A stretch of 64,000 nt of DNA, taken from NCBI GenBank assembly GCA_019745075.1, contig JAIETR010000008.1:2063-66062 (forward strand). Direction: 5' to 3'. Shown in pieces: positions 39,842 to 51,659 of the stretch (position 1 is the first letter of the stretch; each line of letters starts with the position of its first letter). The position numbers and the translations under genes were made by a program. The DNA comes from Qipengyuania sp. (GTDB lineage: Bacteria > Pseudomonadota > Alphaproteobacteria > Sphingomonadales > Sphingomonadaceae). The notes under the pieces are model-generated. The model was not told where the DNA came from, made no database searches, and saw only the letters and a list, made by a program, of their open reading frames with translations.

Positions 39842-41821
39842 CTATTCCGCCAGGCCGAGGTTCTTGCGCAGGAAGGCGTCGCTTTCCGATAGTATGCGGG
39901 TCCGCGCCGCGGCGTCGGCGATCTGGTGGTCGAGTCCCGGGAATTCGACGTAGATCGGGGCCTTGCCGGCGTCGGTCAGGCGATCGTGCATCAGGCGCGG
40001 ATGGCTGACATCGACGTTGAGATCGCGATCGCCGCTGAACATCAGCACCGGCGCCTTGATCTTTTCGACGTTCTGCGCCGGCGAGCCCTCGGCCACATGC
40101 GGACCGCTCCCCACGAAGCGGGCGACGATGGGTCCGTTGGTGTAGGTCATCGCATCGGCCTTCAGCTTGGCCAGATCGACCACCGGCGCGATCGCGACTA
40201 TGGCCTTGTAGAGCGCCGGATCGAGCACCGCCGACTGGAGCGCCGCATAACCGCCATAGGACCAGCCGACGATCGCCAGCTTGCCAGGCGCCGCGATGCC
40301 TTGCGCGACGAGCCAGCGACCGGCATCGTTGACGTCGCCGATCGCCGTGCGCCACCCCTGGAAGCCGTTCTTCTGGAAGAACGCCGACCCGTAGCCCGCC
40401 GAGCCGCGATAATTCGGCTGGAGCACGGCGAAGCCGCGGCTGGCGTAGTATTGCGACAGCCAATCGAAGCCCCACTCGTCGCGCGCGCTGGGCCCTCCAT
40501 GCGGCATGACGATTGCGGGGAGGTTCTTGCCGGTGCTCCCCTGCGGTAGGGTCAGATAGCCCGGGATCATCGTCCCGTCCGCCGCCTTGAACGAGATCGG
40601 CTGCATGGTCGCGAGCTTCGCGCCTTCCAGCTCGGGCCGGACCGGCAGCACTTCCTCGAGCGCGCGCTTGGTCTTGTCGTAGAGATAGAACTGTCCCGGC
40701 AAGGTGTCGCTCGAGGCGATCACCAGCAGCTTGCTCTCGTCCTGGCTCGCATCGACGATGTCCACCGACGGCTGACCGGGCAGCGCGCGCCTGAGCTGCT
40801 CGCTCAGCTTGCGCAGGTCGGGATCGAAATATTCGGTCTCGCGCCGCTCCGTCGCGTAGCTCGCGCCCACGACCCGGCGGTTGCGCCCGATGGTGATCAG
40901 GCTGTCGACATCGAAGCCAGGCTTGCCCAGCACCTTGGTCTTGGCGCCGGAGCCGTCGAGCGCCGTGGTGTAGAGCGAACGATAATCGCCGTCGTCATCG
41001 AACCCGTAGGCGACGTTCTTCGCGCCATCGACCAGAACCGGAACGAAGCCGCTGCCGTTTTCCCGGCGCACCGAGAGACGCTGCCAGTTGCGCTCGCCGG
41101 GCTTGCGGAAGAAAAATTCTTCGTCACCCTTCAGATAGCCGCTGCTGTTGTCGCTCGCGGTCCCCATGACGCGCACCGTGCCGTGTCCATCGGTGATGTA
41201 GGCGAAGGCGTCGTCATTGGCCTTTTCGACCGAAACGCGCTTTCGCGTCAGCGTATCGACCAGATCGACGCCGAGGCCGCGGCGCGCGGAGCCAAGCCGG
41301 GTGCCGATGGTATCGTCGGGCAGGACCTGCCGTGTCATCAGCACCGAACCCTGCTTGCCTTCGACATCGAAGTCGATGATGCGGCCCCCGTCCTGGTAGC
41401 TTCCGCGTGCGTTGGAGCTGAGCGGCGCGGTGACCTCCACCAGGTTCTTTCCGTCCGCATCGACGGCGTGCATGCGAGTTGCGGAGATGAGCCCCTGAGG
41501 CGTCGGGATCACGTAATAGGCGCGGCAGACGAGGCGCGTGGCGGCGGACCAGGAACAGCTCGTGATCCGCCCGGAGCTGCGCGCCAGCGACATGACCCGC
41601 GTCAGCTTGCCCCCGGCATCGAGATCGGCGACATAGACGACCGTCCCGATGGTCGCCTCGCTGGTGAAGGCGACCTTGCCCCCGTCGGGCGAGAGGCTGG
41701 CCTGGGCGACCGTTTCCAGCGCGCCGAACTTCTTCGCCAGTGCCCCGGCGTCCGCCTGCGCCAGCGCGCCGCTCCCCGCGCAGGCCAGCAGCATGCCACA
41801 AACCTTGGTCAATATCCGCAT
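39842..41821 (-). CDS. S9 family serine peptidase (prolyl oligopeptidase / dipeptidyl aminopeptidase-like), secreted
   Basis: Signal peptide MRILTKVCGMLLACAGSGALA, beta-propeller N-domain, catalytic GWSYGG Ser motif and a C-terminal D/H region. Confidence 0.85.
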   Translation of the reverse strand: MRILTKVCGMLLACAGSGALAQADAGALAKKFGALETVAQASLSPDGGKVAFTSEATIGTVVYVADLDAGGKLTRVMSLARSSGRITSCSWSAATRLVCRAYYVIPTPQGLISATRMHAVDADGKNLVEVTAPLSSNARGSYQDGGRIIDFDVEGKQGSVLMTRQVLPDDTIGTRLGSARRGLGVDLVDTLTRKRVSVEKANDDAFAYITDGHGTVRVMGTASDNSSGYLKGDEEFFFRKPGERNWQRLSVRRENGSGFVPVLVDGAKNVAYGFDDDGDYRSLYTTALDGSGAKTKVLGKPGFDVDSLITIGRNRRVVGASYATERRETEYFDPDLRKLSEQLRRALPGQPSVDIVDASQDESKLLVIASSDTLPGQFYLYDKTKRALEEVLPVRPELEGAKLATMQPISFKAADGTMIPGYLTLPQGSTGKNLPAIVMPHGGPSARDEWGFDWLSQYYASRGFAVLQPNYRGSAGYGSAFFQKNGFQGWRTAIGDVNDAGRWLVAQGIAAPGKLAIVGWSYGGYAALQSAVLDPALYKAIVAIAPVVDLAKLKADAMTYTNGPIVARFVGSGPHVAEGSPAQNVEKIKAPVLMFSGDRDLNVDVSHPRLMHDRLTDAGKAPIYVEFPGLDHQIADAAARTRILSESDAFLRKNLGLAE

Positions 41822-41870
41822 GGCAACCCCCTGTTTCCCCGGCACGATTTTGCCCACCGCGACAGGGAAA

Positions 41871-43019
41871 TCAAGTCCCGAAATGCGAGCCGCCGTCGAG
41901 ATAGGCGTGGCGGAAATTCCCGGCGAAGGCCGCGAAGCGTCCCGCGCCGATCGCGTCGCGCATGGCCTGCATCAGTTGCTGATAGAACGCGACATTGTGT
42001 TCGCTCAGCAGCATCGCGCCGAGGATTTCGCCGGCCTTGATCAGGTGGTGGAGATAGGCGCGGCTGTAGGTGGCGCAGACGCTGCACGCGCAACGGTCGT
42101 CGAGCGGCTCGCTGTCCTCGGCATGGCGCGCATTGCGCAGGTTGAGCGGGCCGGCCCAGGTGAAGGCCTGGCCATTGCGGCCCGAACGGGTGGGAAGCAC
42201 ACAGTCGAACATGTCGATCCCGCGCTCGACCGCGCCGACCAGATCGTCGGGCTTGCCCACGCCCATCAGATAGCGCGGAGCATCGGCGGGCAGCATCGCG
42301 GGGGCGAAGTCGAGCGTGGCGAACATCGCCTCCTGCCCCTCGCCGACCGCCAGCCCGCCGATCGCGTAGCCGTCGAAGCCGATCGCGGTAAGCGCCTCGG
42401 CCGAGCGGCGGCGCAGGCCCTGGTCGAGCGCGCCCTGCTGGATGCCGAACAGCGCCGCGCGACCGGCGTGCTCGCCGCCGGCGTCGAAGGCGTCGCGGCT
42501 ACGCTTCGCCCAGCGCATCGACAGTTCCATGCTCTTCTCGATCTCGGCGAGCGGGCGGTCGGCGCGCGGGCATTCGTCGAAGGCCATGACAATGTCGCTG
42601 CCGAGCAGGCGCTGGATTTCCATCGAGCGCTCGGGGGTGAGCATATGCCGGCTTCCGTCGATATGGCTGGCGAACTCGACCCCTTCTTCGGTCAGCTTGC
42701 GCAGGTCGGACAGGCTCATCACCTGATAGCCGCCGCTGTCGGTCAGGATCGGGCCGTGCCAGTTCATGAACTTGTGGAGCCCACCGAGCCGCGCAACCCG
42801 CTCGGCGCCGGGGCGCAGCATCAGGTGATAGGTGTTGCCGAGAATGATGTCGGCGCCGGTGGCGCGCACGGTCTCGGGCTTCATCGCCTTGACGGTGGCG
42901 GCGGTGCCCACGGGCATGAAGGCGGGCGTGCGGATCGTCCCGCGCCGCATCTCGATCGCGCCGGTACGGGCCCGGCCGTCGGTCGCCGCGACGGTGAAGC
43001 GGAACCGCGGTGCTGGCAT
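41871..43019 (-). CDS. tgt: Queuine tRNA-ribosyltransferase
   Basis: [18 protein letters not shown]...ILGNTYHL...DSGGYQV...; Zn site CxCxxC...H ([17 protein letters not shown]). Confidence 0.95.
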   Translation of the reverse strand: MPAPRFRFTVAATDGRARTGAIEMRRGTIRTPAFMPVGTAATVKAMKPETVRATGADIILGNTYHLMLRPGAERVARLGGLHKFMNWHGPILTDSGGYQVMSLSDLRKLTEEGVEFASHIDGSRHMLTPERSMEIQRLLGSDIVMAFDECPRADRPLAEIEKSMELSMRWAKRSRDAFDAGGEHAGRAALFGIQQGALDQGLRRRSAEALTAIGFDGYAIGGLAVGEGQEAMFATLDFAPAMLPADAPRYLMGVGKPDDLVGAVERGIDMFDCVLPTRSGRNGQAFTWAGPLNLRNARHAEDSEPLDDRCACSVCATYSRAYLHHLIKAGEILGAMLLSEHNVAFYQQLMQAMRDAIGAGRFAAFAGNFRHAYLDGGSHFGT

Positions 43020-43963
43020 TAAAAGCCGTACACCAGCGTGACGCGGGAGATGGTGTCGGTGCTCACCTTGCCCGCGGGAGGCTGGCTCGCGTAATCGACC
43101 TGGTAGGCGAAACGCGAACTGAGCTTGCCGGTGATGCGCGCCTCCAGCCCGGTCACCAGCGCCAGCGTGGTGTTGCGGGAATCGAAGATGACCGTCGCCG
43201 CCCCGCCCGTCTCGGCGACCATATTGGTGTTTTGCGTCAGCTTGACCCCCTCCGCGAAGGTCCAGTCGAAATCGAAGCCGAGCAGACCGGCGAGGCGGGT
43301 GTCGGTCTCGCCGGTGGTGAATTCGGTGCGCCGCAGCGCCGGCCCGGCCTTGAGGGCGAGGTTGAGGTCGGGCCGGCGGACGGCCTGCCAGCCCAGCCCG
43401 GCCGAGACCGCGTAGCGAGCATCGTACCCCTGGATCGTGTCACGCTCGAACTGGCCGAGCCCATAGGCGAACAGGTCGCTACCGATCTGGAAGCGCGGCT
43501 CATAGGCGGCGAAGTACTTCTCGCGGGTCACGATCCCGCCGGTGCGCTGGTAATCGGCGCGGGCGCGCAGGCTGTGGGTCCAGTCGATCCCCTCCCGCTT
43601 GATGTCGAGCCCGGCGGCGAGGCCGAATGAGGGGCTGTTGCCGGTGGCGCGCGAGCCGCCGAGTTCGCCGCGTCCCTTCCAGCGCTCGAGCAGGCCCGCC
43701 TCGCGGATCGCGGCGATCCGGCGGGCCTCCGCCTGCTTCTGCTGCTCGCGCCGGTCGGCCAGGAAGGCGGCGTCGATCGCCTCGATCTCGGAAACGTCGG
43801 CGGGATTCGTCGCCTTGGCCAGCTCGACCACCGTGCGCACCTTGCCCTCGTCGCCGGTCGCGATCGCCGCGTCGATCATCGCGCGCACGGGCTGCGGCAG
43901 TTCGGCGGCGGCAGGAGCGGCGACAGCTGCGAGCACAAGCATGGGGTATGCGGAACGGGCCAT
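43019..43963 (-). CDS. DUF481 (YdiY-like) outer-membrane beta-barrel protein
   Basis: Signal peptide, alternating beta-strand pattern, C-terminal RVTLVYGF; stop overlaps the tgt start by 1 nt. Confidence 0.6.
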   Translation of the reverse strand: MARSAYPMLVLAAVAAPAAAELPQPVRAMIDAAIATGDEGKVRTVVELAKATNPADVSEIEAIDAAFLADRREQQKQAEARRIAAIREAGLLERWKGRGELGGSRATGNSPSFGLAAGLDIKREGIDWTHSLRARADYQRTGGIVTREKYFAAYEPRFQIGSDLFAYGLGQFERDTIQGYDARYAVSAGLGWQAVRRPDLNLALKAGPALRRTEFTTGETDTRLAGLLGFDFDWTFAEGVKLTQNTNMVAETGGAATVIFDSRNTTLALVTGLEARITGKLSSRFAYQVDYASQPPAGKVSTDTISRVTLVYGF

Positions 43964-44011
43964 CGCCCGGTTGCTAGCGGCTGCGGCGGCGCGGATAAAC
44001 CCCCACGAAGC

Positions 44012-44790
44012 TCACGTCCTGAGCCGCCAGCCGGTGCGGAAGATGAAGGCGATGACCACCACGCAGAGCGCCAGGAAGCCGACCGTGATGCCCAGCGAGA
44101 GGCCGAAGCTCACGTCGGAAGTGCCGAAGAAGGCCCAACGCAGCCCGCTGACCAGATAGACGATCGGGTTGAACAGCGCGATCGTGTCCCACGGCTTGGG
44201 CAGCATGTCGATCGAGTAGAAGGTGCCGCCGAGGAACGTCAGCGGGGTCAGGAACAGCATCGGGATGATGCCGAGCTTCTCGAACCCGTCGGCCCAGATG
44301 CCGAGGATGAAGCCGAACAGCGCGAAGGCGGCGGCCACGAGCACGATGTAGACCAGCGCCAGCAGCGGATGGGCGATCGAGTAATCGACGAACAGCCGCG
44401 CGGTCGCGAGGATGATCGCCGCCAGGATCAGGCTCTTGACCGCCGCCGCGCCGACGAAGCCGAGCAGCGTTTCCGCCGTGCCGACCGGGGCGGAAAGCAA
44501 CTCGTAGATCGTGCCGGTGAAACGCGGCATATAAATGCCGAAGCTGGCGTTGCTGGTCGTCTCGCCGAGCAGCGTGAGCATCAGCAGGCCCGGGATGATG
44601 AAAGCGCCGTAGTCCACGCCGCCGAGATCGGGCATCTGGCTGCCGATCGCCGCGCCGAAGACGATGAAATAGAGCGAGGTGGTGAGCACCGGCGCCAGCA
44701 CCGACTGGAAGGCGGTGCGCAGGAAACGCAGCAGCTCGAAAGTGAAAATCGACCACGCGCCGCGCCCATTGAAACCGGCGTTGAACCCGC

Positions 44791-44794
<4 letters not shown>
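44012..44794 (-). CDS. ABC-2 type transporter permease
   Basis: 260-aa six-TM ORF; overlaps the ATPase stop by 4 nt. Confidence 0.85.
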
Positions 44795-45735
<941 letters not shown>

Positions 45736-45759
45736 GCGACGCGATTTAGGTGCGCGGCC

Positions 45760-46788
45760 TCACGGAAGCAACAGCGAGGAATCGCCATAGGAATAGAAGC
45801 GGTATTCCCGGGCGATCGCGTGGGCATAGGCGGCCTGCATCCGCTCGCGCCCCATCAGTGCGGAAACCAGCATGAACAGCGTCGATCTGGGCAGGTGGAA
45901 ATTGGTCATCAGGCCATCGACCGCTTTGAAGCGGTATCCCGGGGTTATGAAGATCGCGGTGTCCCCTGCGAAGGGGCGGATCGTGCCATCTTCGTCGGCG
46001 GCGCTTTCGAGCAGGCGCAGGCTGGTGGTGCCGACCGCGACGATCCGCGCTCCTTGCGCGCGCGCGGCATTGAGGCGCGCGGCGACATCGGGCTCGATCC
46101 GCCCCCATTCGCTGTGCATCGCGTGGTCGGCGGTGTCCTCGGCCTTGACCGGCAGGAAGGTCCCCGCCCCGACATGCAGCGTCAGCGTTTCGCGCGCGAC
46201 CCCGGCGGCATCGAGCGCGGCGATCAGCTCGGGCGTGAAATGCAGCGCCGCGGTGGGCGCGGCGACCGCGCCGTCCCGGGCGGCAAACATGGTCTGGTAA
46301 TCGGCGCGGTCGGCCTCGTCGGTCCCGCGCTTGCCCGCGATATAGGGCGGCAGCGGCATCGTGCCCGCGCGCTCGAGCAGCACCTCGACCGGTTCGTCGC
46401 CGACGAAGGCGATCGTCCAGCTTCCGTCGGGATGCCGCGTTTCCGCGCCGGCGGAGACACCGGCGGCGAAGTCGATCCGGTCGCCCTCGCGCAGCCGTTT
46501 GGCGTTGCGCACGAAGGCCAGCCAGCGCCTGAGGTCCACTCGCTTGTGCAGCGTCACGCCGACCTTCGCGTCTCCGCGCCGGCCTTCGAGCTGCGCGGGG
46601 ATGACGCGGGTGTCGTTGAACACCAGCACATCGCCGCGCCGCAACAGGCGCGGCAGGTCGCGCACGCCCGCATCCTCGAACGGCCCTTGCGGCCCCACCA
46701 CCAGCATCCGCGCCGCATCGCGCGGCCGCGCGGGCCGTAGCGCGATCCGCTCGGGCGGCAGGTCGAAATCGAACAGATCGACGCGCAT
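45760..46788 (-). CDS. queA: S-adenosylmethionine:tRNA ribosyltransferase-isomerase
   Basis: [24 protein letters not shown]...PPYI...[10 protein letters not shown]...HLPRSTL. Confidence 0.9.
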   Translation of the reverse strand: MRVDLFDFDLPPERIALRPARPRDAARMLVVGPQGPFEDAGVRDLPRLLRRGDVLVFNDTRVIPAQLEGRRGDAKVGVTLHKRVDLRRWLAFVRNAKRLREGDRIDFAAGVSAGAETRHPDGSWTIAFVGDEPVEVLLERAGTMPLPPYIAGKRGTDEADRADYQTMFAARDGAVAAPTAALHFTPELIAALDAAGVARETLTLHVGAGTFLPVKAEDTADHAMHSEWGRIEPDVAARLNAARAQGARIVAVGTTSLRLLESAADEDGTIRPFAGDTAIFITPGYRFKAVDGLMTNFHLPRSTLFMLVSALMGRERMQAAYAHAIAREYRFYSYGDSSLLLP

Positions 46789-46877
46789 TTCACCGAGTCC
46801 CCGCGGAGGCGGGGATCTCCATCGGCCAAGCGCCACCCCGACCGAGGTCCCCGCCTTCGCGGGGACTCAATAGGTCG

Positions 46878-47570
46878 TCAATTGCCGATCGGCTTGTTGA
46901 GATCGTCGGCGGTGATCGCCGGAGCCGGCGGCACGACCGCAGGAACCGACTTGTTCTCGCTCGCCAGCGAGGCCTGGACGATCCGCGTCGGGTTCTCGGG
47001 CGGCTCGCCGCGCTGGATCGCGTCCACCGCGGCCATGTTGTCGATCACGCGCCCGAACACGGTGTATTTCTTGTCCAGGCTGAAGCGCGGATAGAAGACG
47101 ATGAAGAACTGGCTGTTGGCGCTGTCGTCGGTCGCGGCGCGGGCCATCGAGACGGTGCCGCGCAGATGCGGCTGCGGGTTGAACTCGGCCTTGAGGTCGG
47201 GCAGCTCCGACCCGCCCTGTCCGGTGCCCGTCGGATCGCCCGTCTGCGCCATGAACCCGTCGATCACGCGGTGGAACACGACATTGTTGTAGAAGCCCTG
47301 GCTCGCCAGCGCCTTGACCCGCGCGACATGCTCGGGCGCCCATTGCGGCATCAGCCTGATCTGGACGCGCTGCCCGTTCGACAGGTCGAGCACCAGGATG
47401 TTCTCGCGGTCCTGGGTGAGGTCGTAATTGACGGGGGCATAGGCGCCCAGAGTGGCCGGATCGGCCGGCGCGGCGGCTTCGGCGGCGGCGTCCCTGCGCT
47501 TGGCCAGCGCATGGGCGGGCGCGGCGGCCAGCGCCGCCAGGGTCAGGAACGCGAGGGAAGCCTTCAGCAT
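46878..47570 (-). CDS. Periplasmic peptidyl-prolyl cis-trans isomerase (cyclophilin type)
   Basis: Signal peptide MLKASLAFLTLAALAAAPAHA; FHRVIDGFMAQTGDPTGTGQGGS...NSQFFIV. Confidence 0.9.
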   Translation of the reverse strand: MLKASLAFLTLAALAAAPAHALAKRRDAAAEAAAPADPATLGAYAPVNYDLTQDRENILVLDLSNGQRVQIRLMPQWAPEHVARVKALASQGFYNNVVFHRVIDGFMAQTGDPTGTGQGGSELPDLKAEFNPQPHLRGTVSMARAATDDSANSQFFIVFYPRFSLDKKYTVFGRVIDNMAAVDAIQRGEPPENPTRIVQASLASENKSVPAVVPPAPAITADDLNKPIGN

Positions 47571-47671
47571 CGAAAATCCGTGAATTGGGAGCGAACGGGA
47601 ATGACCGCGCGCTCTAGCATGGCCCGCTGTCGGCGCAATGAATAGCTTGGCGCGATGGCTGTGATCCCACC

Positions 47672-47757
47672 CCGTTCGTGTCGAGCGAAGTCGAGACACG
47701 CGCACATTCCGCACCGTATCTCGACTACGCGCTACGCGCTCCGCTCGATATGAACGG
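47672..47757. repeat. Repeat copy A6: the same arms in tail-to-tail order (CCGTTCG...GAGACAC, 16-nt spacer, GTATCTCGAC...GAACGG)
   Basis: The first arm is identical to 26075-26102; the second arm has an internal expansion (CTACGCG duplicated). Confidence 0.8.
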
Positions 47758-47787
47758 GCATGTTCGGCCAACAACGGCAGCGTTAGG

Positions 47788-48312
47788 TCAGCAATCGCCC
47801 TTGCGGCCGATGCGCCCGACGCGCGCGACCACATCGTCGCACACGGCCTTGCTCACGAACGGGGCGATGTCGCCGCCGTAGATGGCGATCTCCTTGACCA
47901 GCTTGCTGGCGATCGGCTGGAGCGAAACGTCGGCCATCAGGAACACGGTCTCGATCTCGGCGTCGATCTGCTGGTTCATGCCCGCCATCTGGTATTCGTA
48001 TTCGAAGTCGGCGACGGCGCGCAGGCCGCGCACGATCATGCTCGCTCCCTGCGCCCGGGCGAACCTCATCAGCAGGGCATCGAACCCCACCACCTCGACA
48101 TTGCCGAGGCCGAGCGCCGCGACCTCGCGCCGGACCATCGCGAGCCGCTCCGCGGCGGTGAACATCGGATCCTTGCCGGGATTGGTGGTCACACCGACGA
48201 TCAGGCGGTCGACCAGGTGGCTGCCGCGCCGGATAATGTCGGCATGTCCCAGCGTGATGGGATCGAAAGTGCCGGGATAGACCCCGATGCGATCGCCGGT
48301 TCCCGGGCTCAA
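47788..48312 (-). CDS. coaD: Phosphopantetheine adenylyltransferase
   Basis: RIGVYPGTFDPITLGHADII...; TTG start overlaps the ispA stop (TTGA). Confidence 0.9.
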   Translation of the reverse strand: MSPGTGDRIGVYPGTFDPITLGHADIIRRGSHLVDRLIVGVTTNPGKDPMFTAAERLAMVRREVAALGLGNVEVVGFDALLMRFARAQGASMIVRGLRAVADFEYEYQMAGMNQQIDAEIETVFLMADVSLQPIASKLVKEIAIYGGDIAPFVSKAVCDDVVARVGRIGRKGDC

Positions 48313-49223
48313 CGGTCGCGCTCCACGATATAGCGCGCGATCGCCTGGAGCAGGCGCGCCTCCGCGCCGTAACCCGCCAGATGCCCCGCCGCCTGCTCGA
48401 CCAGCATCCGCGCCTGCGCGCGCGCCTTGTCCGCGCCCATCAGCGTGACGAAGGTCGCCTTGCCCTGCCCTTCGTCCTTGCGCAGCGCCTTGCCCGCCAG
48501 CGCGGCGTCGCCCTCGACGTCGAGCAGGTCGTCGGCGATCTGGAAGGCGAGTCCGATATCGCGGGCATAGGCGCGCAGCGGCCCGCGGCCCTCGGGCGGC
48601 AAGCGGCCGAGGATCGCGCCCATTTCGACGCTCGCCGCCAGCAGCGCTCCGGTCTTGAGCTGCTGCAGCCGGGTCACCTGCGCAAGATCGTAGCCCTCGT
48701 CCGGGGCCGCCATGTCCATCATCTGGCCGCCCGCCATGCCCTCGTGCCCGCTCGCCCTGGCCAGCGCGGCCACTAGTTCCCCGCGGACGAAAGGATCGGT
48801 GCTGGTGTCGGGCTGGGTCAGGATGTCGAAGGCCAGCGCGTGGAGCGCGTCCCCCGCCAGCACCGCGGTCGCCTCGTCGAAGGCCCTGTGGACCGTCGGC
48901 TTGCCGTGGCGCAGGGCATCGTCGTCCATGCACGGCAGATCGTCATGGACCAGCGAATAGCAGTGGATCGCCTCGACCGCGCAGGCGGCGTTGACCGCCG
49001 GCGTGCGCGCCACGCCGAACAGCTCGGCGGTGGCGGTGAGCAGCAGCGGCCGGACGCGCTTGCCGCCCCCGATCGCGGCGTGGCGCATCGCTTCGACGAG
49101 GCGCGCCCGGCTGTCCGGCGGCACCGGGAGAAAGGCGTCGAAAGCGCTGTCGATCTCCCGCTGGATCCGGAGAAAGGCGGGCGCCAGCAGGTCCGGCGCC
49201 GTTATCTCCACCACCTCGTTCAT
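48309..49223 (-). CDS. ispA: Polyprenyl (farnesyl/geranylgeranyl) diphosphate synthase
   Basis: First and second Asp-rich motifs LVHDDLPCMDDD and FQIADDLLD; ATG overlaps the xseB stop. Confidence 0.85.
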   Translation of the reverse strand: MNEVVEITAPDLLAPAFLRIQREIDSAFDAFLPVPPDSRARLVEAMRHAAIGGGKRVRPLLLTATAELFGVARTPAVNAACAVEAIHCYSLVHDDLPCMDDDALRHGKPTVHRAFDEATAVLAGDALHALAFDILTQPDTSTDPFVRGELVAALARASGHEGMAGGQMMDMAAPDEGYDLAQVTRLQQLKTGALLAASVEMGAILGRLPPEGRGPLRAYARDIGLAFQIADDLLDVEGDAALAGKALRKDEGQGKATFVTLMGADKARAQARMLVEQAAGHLAGYGAEARLLQAIARYIVERDR

Positions 49224-49489
49224 GAGTCCGCGTCGAAAGGAACGGTGCCGGCCGGCCGGCCTTCGGCACTCAGGACGATCTTCTCGATCCGCGCCTGCGC
49301 CGCGTCGAGCCGCGCCTGGCAATGGGCGCGCAGCTTCTCGCCCTGTTCGTAGAGCTCGATGCTCTCGTCGAGCTTCGCGTCGCCGCTTTCGAGCCGGCGC
49401 ACAACCTGTTCGAGCGCACGCAACGCATCCTCGAAACTCAGCGCGGCGATGGCCTCGCCGTCCAGCCTGTTCCCCTGCCCGTCAGTCAT
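49220..49489 (-). CDS. xseB: Exodeoxyribonuclease VII small subunit
   Basis: LSFEDALRALEQVVRRLESGDAKLDESIELYEQGEKLRAHCQARLDAAQARIE. Confidence 0.85.
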   Translation of the reverse strand: MTDGQGNRLDGEAIAALSFEDALRALEQVVRRLESGDAKLDESIELYEQGEKLRAHCQARLDAAQARIEKIVLSAEGRPAGTVPFDADS

Positions 49490-49584
49490 GACAGGGACTT
49501 GGACCAAGCGCGGGAAGCCGGTCAAGCCATGAGCGCGATATTCGGATTGTTCGCCCCCCTTGGGATTGATTCTTCCCGCGACTG

Positions 49585-50712
49585 TCAGACCCGCATCGGC
49601 ATCAGCACATAGAGCGCGGGACTGTTCTCGTCCTTGCGGATCAGCGTCGGGGCGCCGGCATCGGCGAGGTGCATTTCGACCGTGTCGCTGTCGATCTGGC
49701 CGAGGATGTCCTTGAGGTAGCCGGCGTTGAAGCCGATCTCGAACGGATCGGCGCTATATTCGCTGGCGACCTCCTCGGTCGCGGTGCCGTTGTCGGGGCT
49801 GGTGACCGTGAGCGTCACTTTGTCCTTGTCGAGGCCCATCTTGACGGCTCGGGTCTTCTCGGTGGCGATGGTCGCGACGCGGTCGACCCCTTGGTAGAAG
49901 CTGCGCGGATCGAGCTTCAAAAGTTTGTCGTTACCCGTCGGGATCACGCGTGAATAATCGGGGAAAGTGCCGTCGATCAGCTTGCTGGTCAGCACCACAC
50001 CGCCCTCGCCCCCGAGCGTGAAGCGGATCTTGCTCGCCGACAGGTCGATCTCGACATTGCCGTCGAGCGCTTCCTCGAGCAACTTGCGCAGCTCGGCCAC
50101 GGCTTTCCGCGGCACGATCACATCGGGCATGCCCGCCGCGCCCTCGGGCCGGGGTAGGGTGAAGCGCGCTAGGCGGTGGCCGTCGGTCGCGGCGGCCTTG
50201 AGCACCGGCTGGTCCTCGTCCGAGACGTGGAGGAAGATGCCGTTGAGGTAGTAGCGCGTTTCTTCGGTCGAGATCGCGAAGCGCGTGCGGTCGATCAGCT
50301 CGGCGAGCGTGCGCGCGGGCAGCTCGAAGCTGGTCGGCAGATCGCCCTCGACGATCACCGGAAAATCGTCGCGCGGCAGAGTGGGGAGCTGGAAGCGGCT
50401 ACGCCCGGCTTTGACGGTCATGCGGTTGTCGCTTGTCTCGAGACTGACCTGGCTGCCCTCGGGCAGCTTGCGCGCGATATCGAACAGCAGGTGGGCGGAA
50501 ACGGTGACCGCGCCCGCCGCCTCGACCGATGCCGCCGCCATGTGCTCGACCACCTGGAGATCGAGATCGGTCGCCATCACCTTGAGGTCGCCGTCTGCGC
50601 TCGCGTCGATCAGCACGTTCGACAGGATCGGGATGGTGTTGCGGCGCTCCACCACCGACTGCACGTGAGACAGGCAGCGCAGCAGCGTCGCGCGTTCGAT
50701 TGTGGCCTTCAT
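49585..50712 (-). CDS. dnaN: DNA polymerase III beta sliding clamp
   Basis: MKATIERATLLRCLSHVQSVVERRNTIPILSNVLIDA...YVLMPMRV. Confidence 0.95.
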   Translation of the reverse strand: MKATIERATLLRCLSHVQSVVERRNTIPILSNVLIDASADGDLKVMATDLDLQVVEHMAAASVEAAGAVTVSAHLLFDIARKLPEGSQVSLETSDNRMTVKAGRSRFQLPTLPRDDFPVIVEGDLPTSFELPARTLAELIDRTRFAISTEETRYYLNGIFLHVSDEDQPVLKAAATDGHRLARFTLPRPEGAAGMPDVIVPRKAVAELRKLLEEALDGNVEIDLSASKIRFTLGGEGGVVLTSKLIDGTFPDYSRVIPTGNDKLLKLDPRSFYQGVDRVATIATEKTRAVKMGLDKDKVTLTVTSPDNGTATEEVASEYSADPFEIGFNAGYLKDILGQIDSDTVEMHLADAGAPTLIRKDENSPALYVLMPMRV

Positions 50713-50858
50713 GGCGTGGTCCAAGCCCTCGATAAAGGCGCGCAAAGGGCCGGAATCGCCCCGCAAGCGCCGGAATACGGATAATCACCCTAGCGGGGCT
50801 GCGGGAACGGGCAAGCGCGGGCGCCGAGAGCGCCCGATTCCTTGGGGAAAACCGCGCC

Positions 50859-51611
50859 TCAGCTCAGCATCGCCATGCCGCCGTTCACATGCAGGGTCTG
50901 GCCGGTGACGTAGGCCGCTTCCTTGCTGGCGAGGAAGGCGACGGCCGCGCCGATCTCCTCGCCCTCGCCCATGCGGCCCGCCGGGATGCGCGCGTTGAGC
51001 GCGTCCTTCTGGGCGTCGGGAAGGACGTCGGTCATGGCGGTGCGGATGAAGCCGGGGGCGACGCAATTGGCGGTGACGCCGCGGCTCGCCAGCTCCTGCG
51101 CCAGGCTCTTGGTCATGCCGGTGAGGCCCGCCTTGGCGGCGGCGTAGTTCATCTGGCCGGGATTGCCGGTCGCGCCGACCACGCTGGTGATGGCGACGAT
51201 GCGCCCGAAACGCGCCTTCATCATCGGCCGGGCGGCGGCGCGCATCAGCCGGAAGGCGGCTTCGAGGTTGATGCGGATCACCTCGTCCCATTCCTCGTCC
51301 TTCATCCGCATGGCGAGGTTATCGCGGGTGATGCCGGCGTTGTTGACCAGGATGTCGATCTTGCCGAGCGTATCGACGGTGGCCGGGATCAGCTCCTCGA
51401 CCTGGGTGGTGTTCGAGAGGTCGCAGGTGATCTCGACATGATCGCCGCCGATCTCGTCGTTGAGCTGCTTGCGAAAGGCGCGCAGCTTGGCCCCGTTGGA
51501 GCCCGACAGCGCCAGCCGCGCCCCCTGCCCGGCCAGAGCCCGCGCGATCGCCGAGCCGATGCCCCCGCTCGAGCCGGTCACGAGCGCGGTCATTCCCGTC
51601 AGGTCGAACAT
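50859..51611 (-). CDS. fabG: 3-oxoacyl-ACP reductase
   Basis: TGSSGGIGSAIA..., NNAGITRD, YAAAKAG, TLHVNGGMAM. Confidence 0.9.
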   Translation of the reverse strand: MFDLTGMTALVTGSSGGIGSAIARALAGQGARLALSGSNGAKLRAFRKQLNDEIGGDHVEITCDLSNTTQVEELIPATVDTLGKIDILVNNAGITRDNLAMRMKDEEWDEVIRINLEAAFRLMRAAARPMMKARFGRIVAITSVVGATGNPGQMNYAAAKAGLTGMTKSLAQELASRGVTANCVAPGFIRTAMTDVLPDAQKDALNARIPAGRMGEGEEIGAAVAFLASKEAAYVTGQTLHVNGGMAMLS

Positions 51612-51631
51612 TCAGCGGTCTCCTTTTGTGC

Positions 51632-51657
51632 GCTCGCAAAGGCGCAAAGGCGCAAGG
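51632..51657. repeat. Inverted repeat (left) flanking the GxxExxY gene: GCTCGCAAAGGCGCAAAGGCGCAAGG
   Basis: 25/26 nt reverse-complement match to 52050-52075. Confidence 0.85.
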
Positions 51658-51659
51658 GG

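Noticed and set aside
50713-50858. Replication origin next to dnaN
   Set aside because: No cluster of DnaA boxes (TTATCCACA-like) or AT-rich unwinding element was seen, and dnaA is not adjacent. The only TTATCCAC-like 8-mer noticed lies inside vsr (about 14455).
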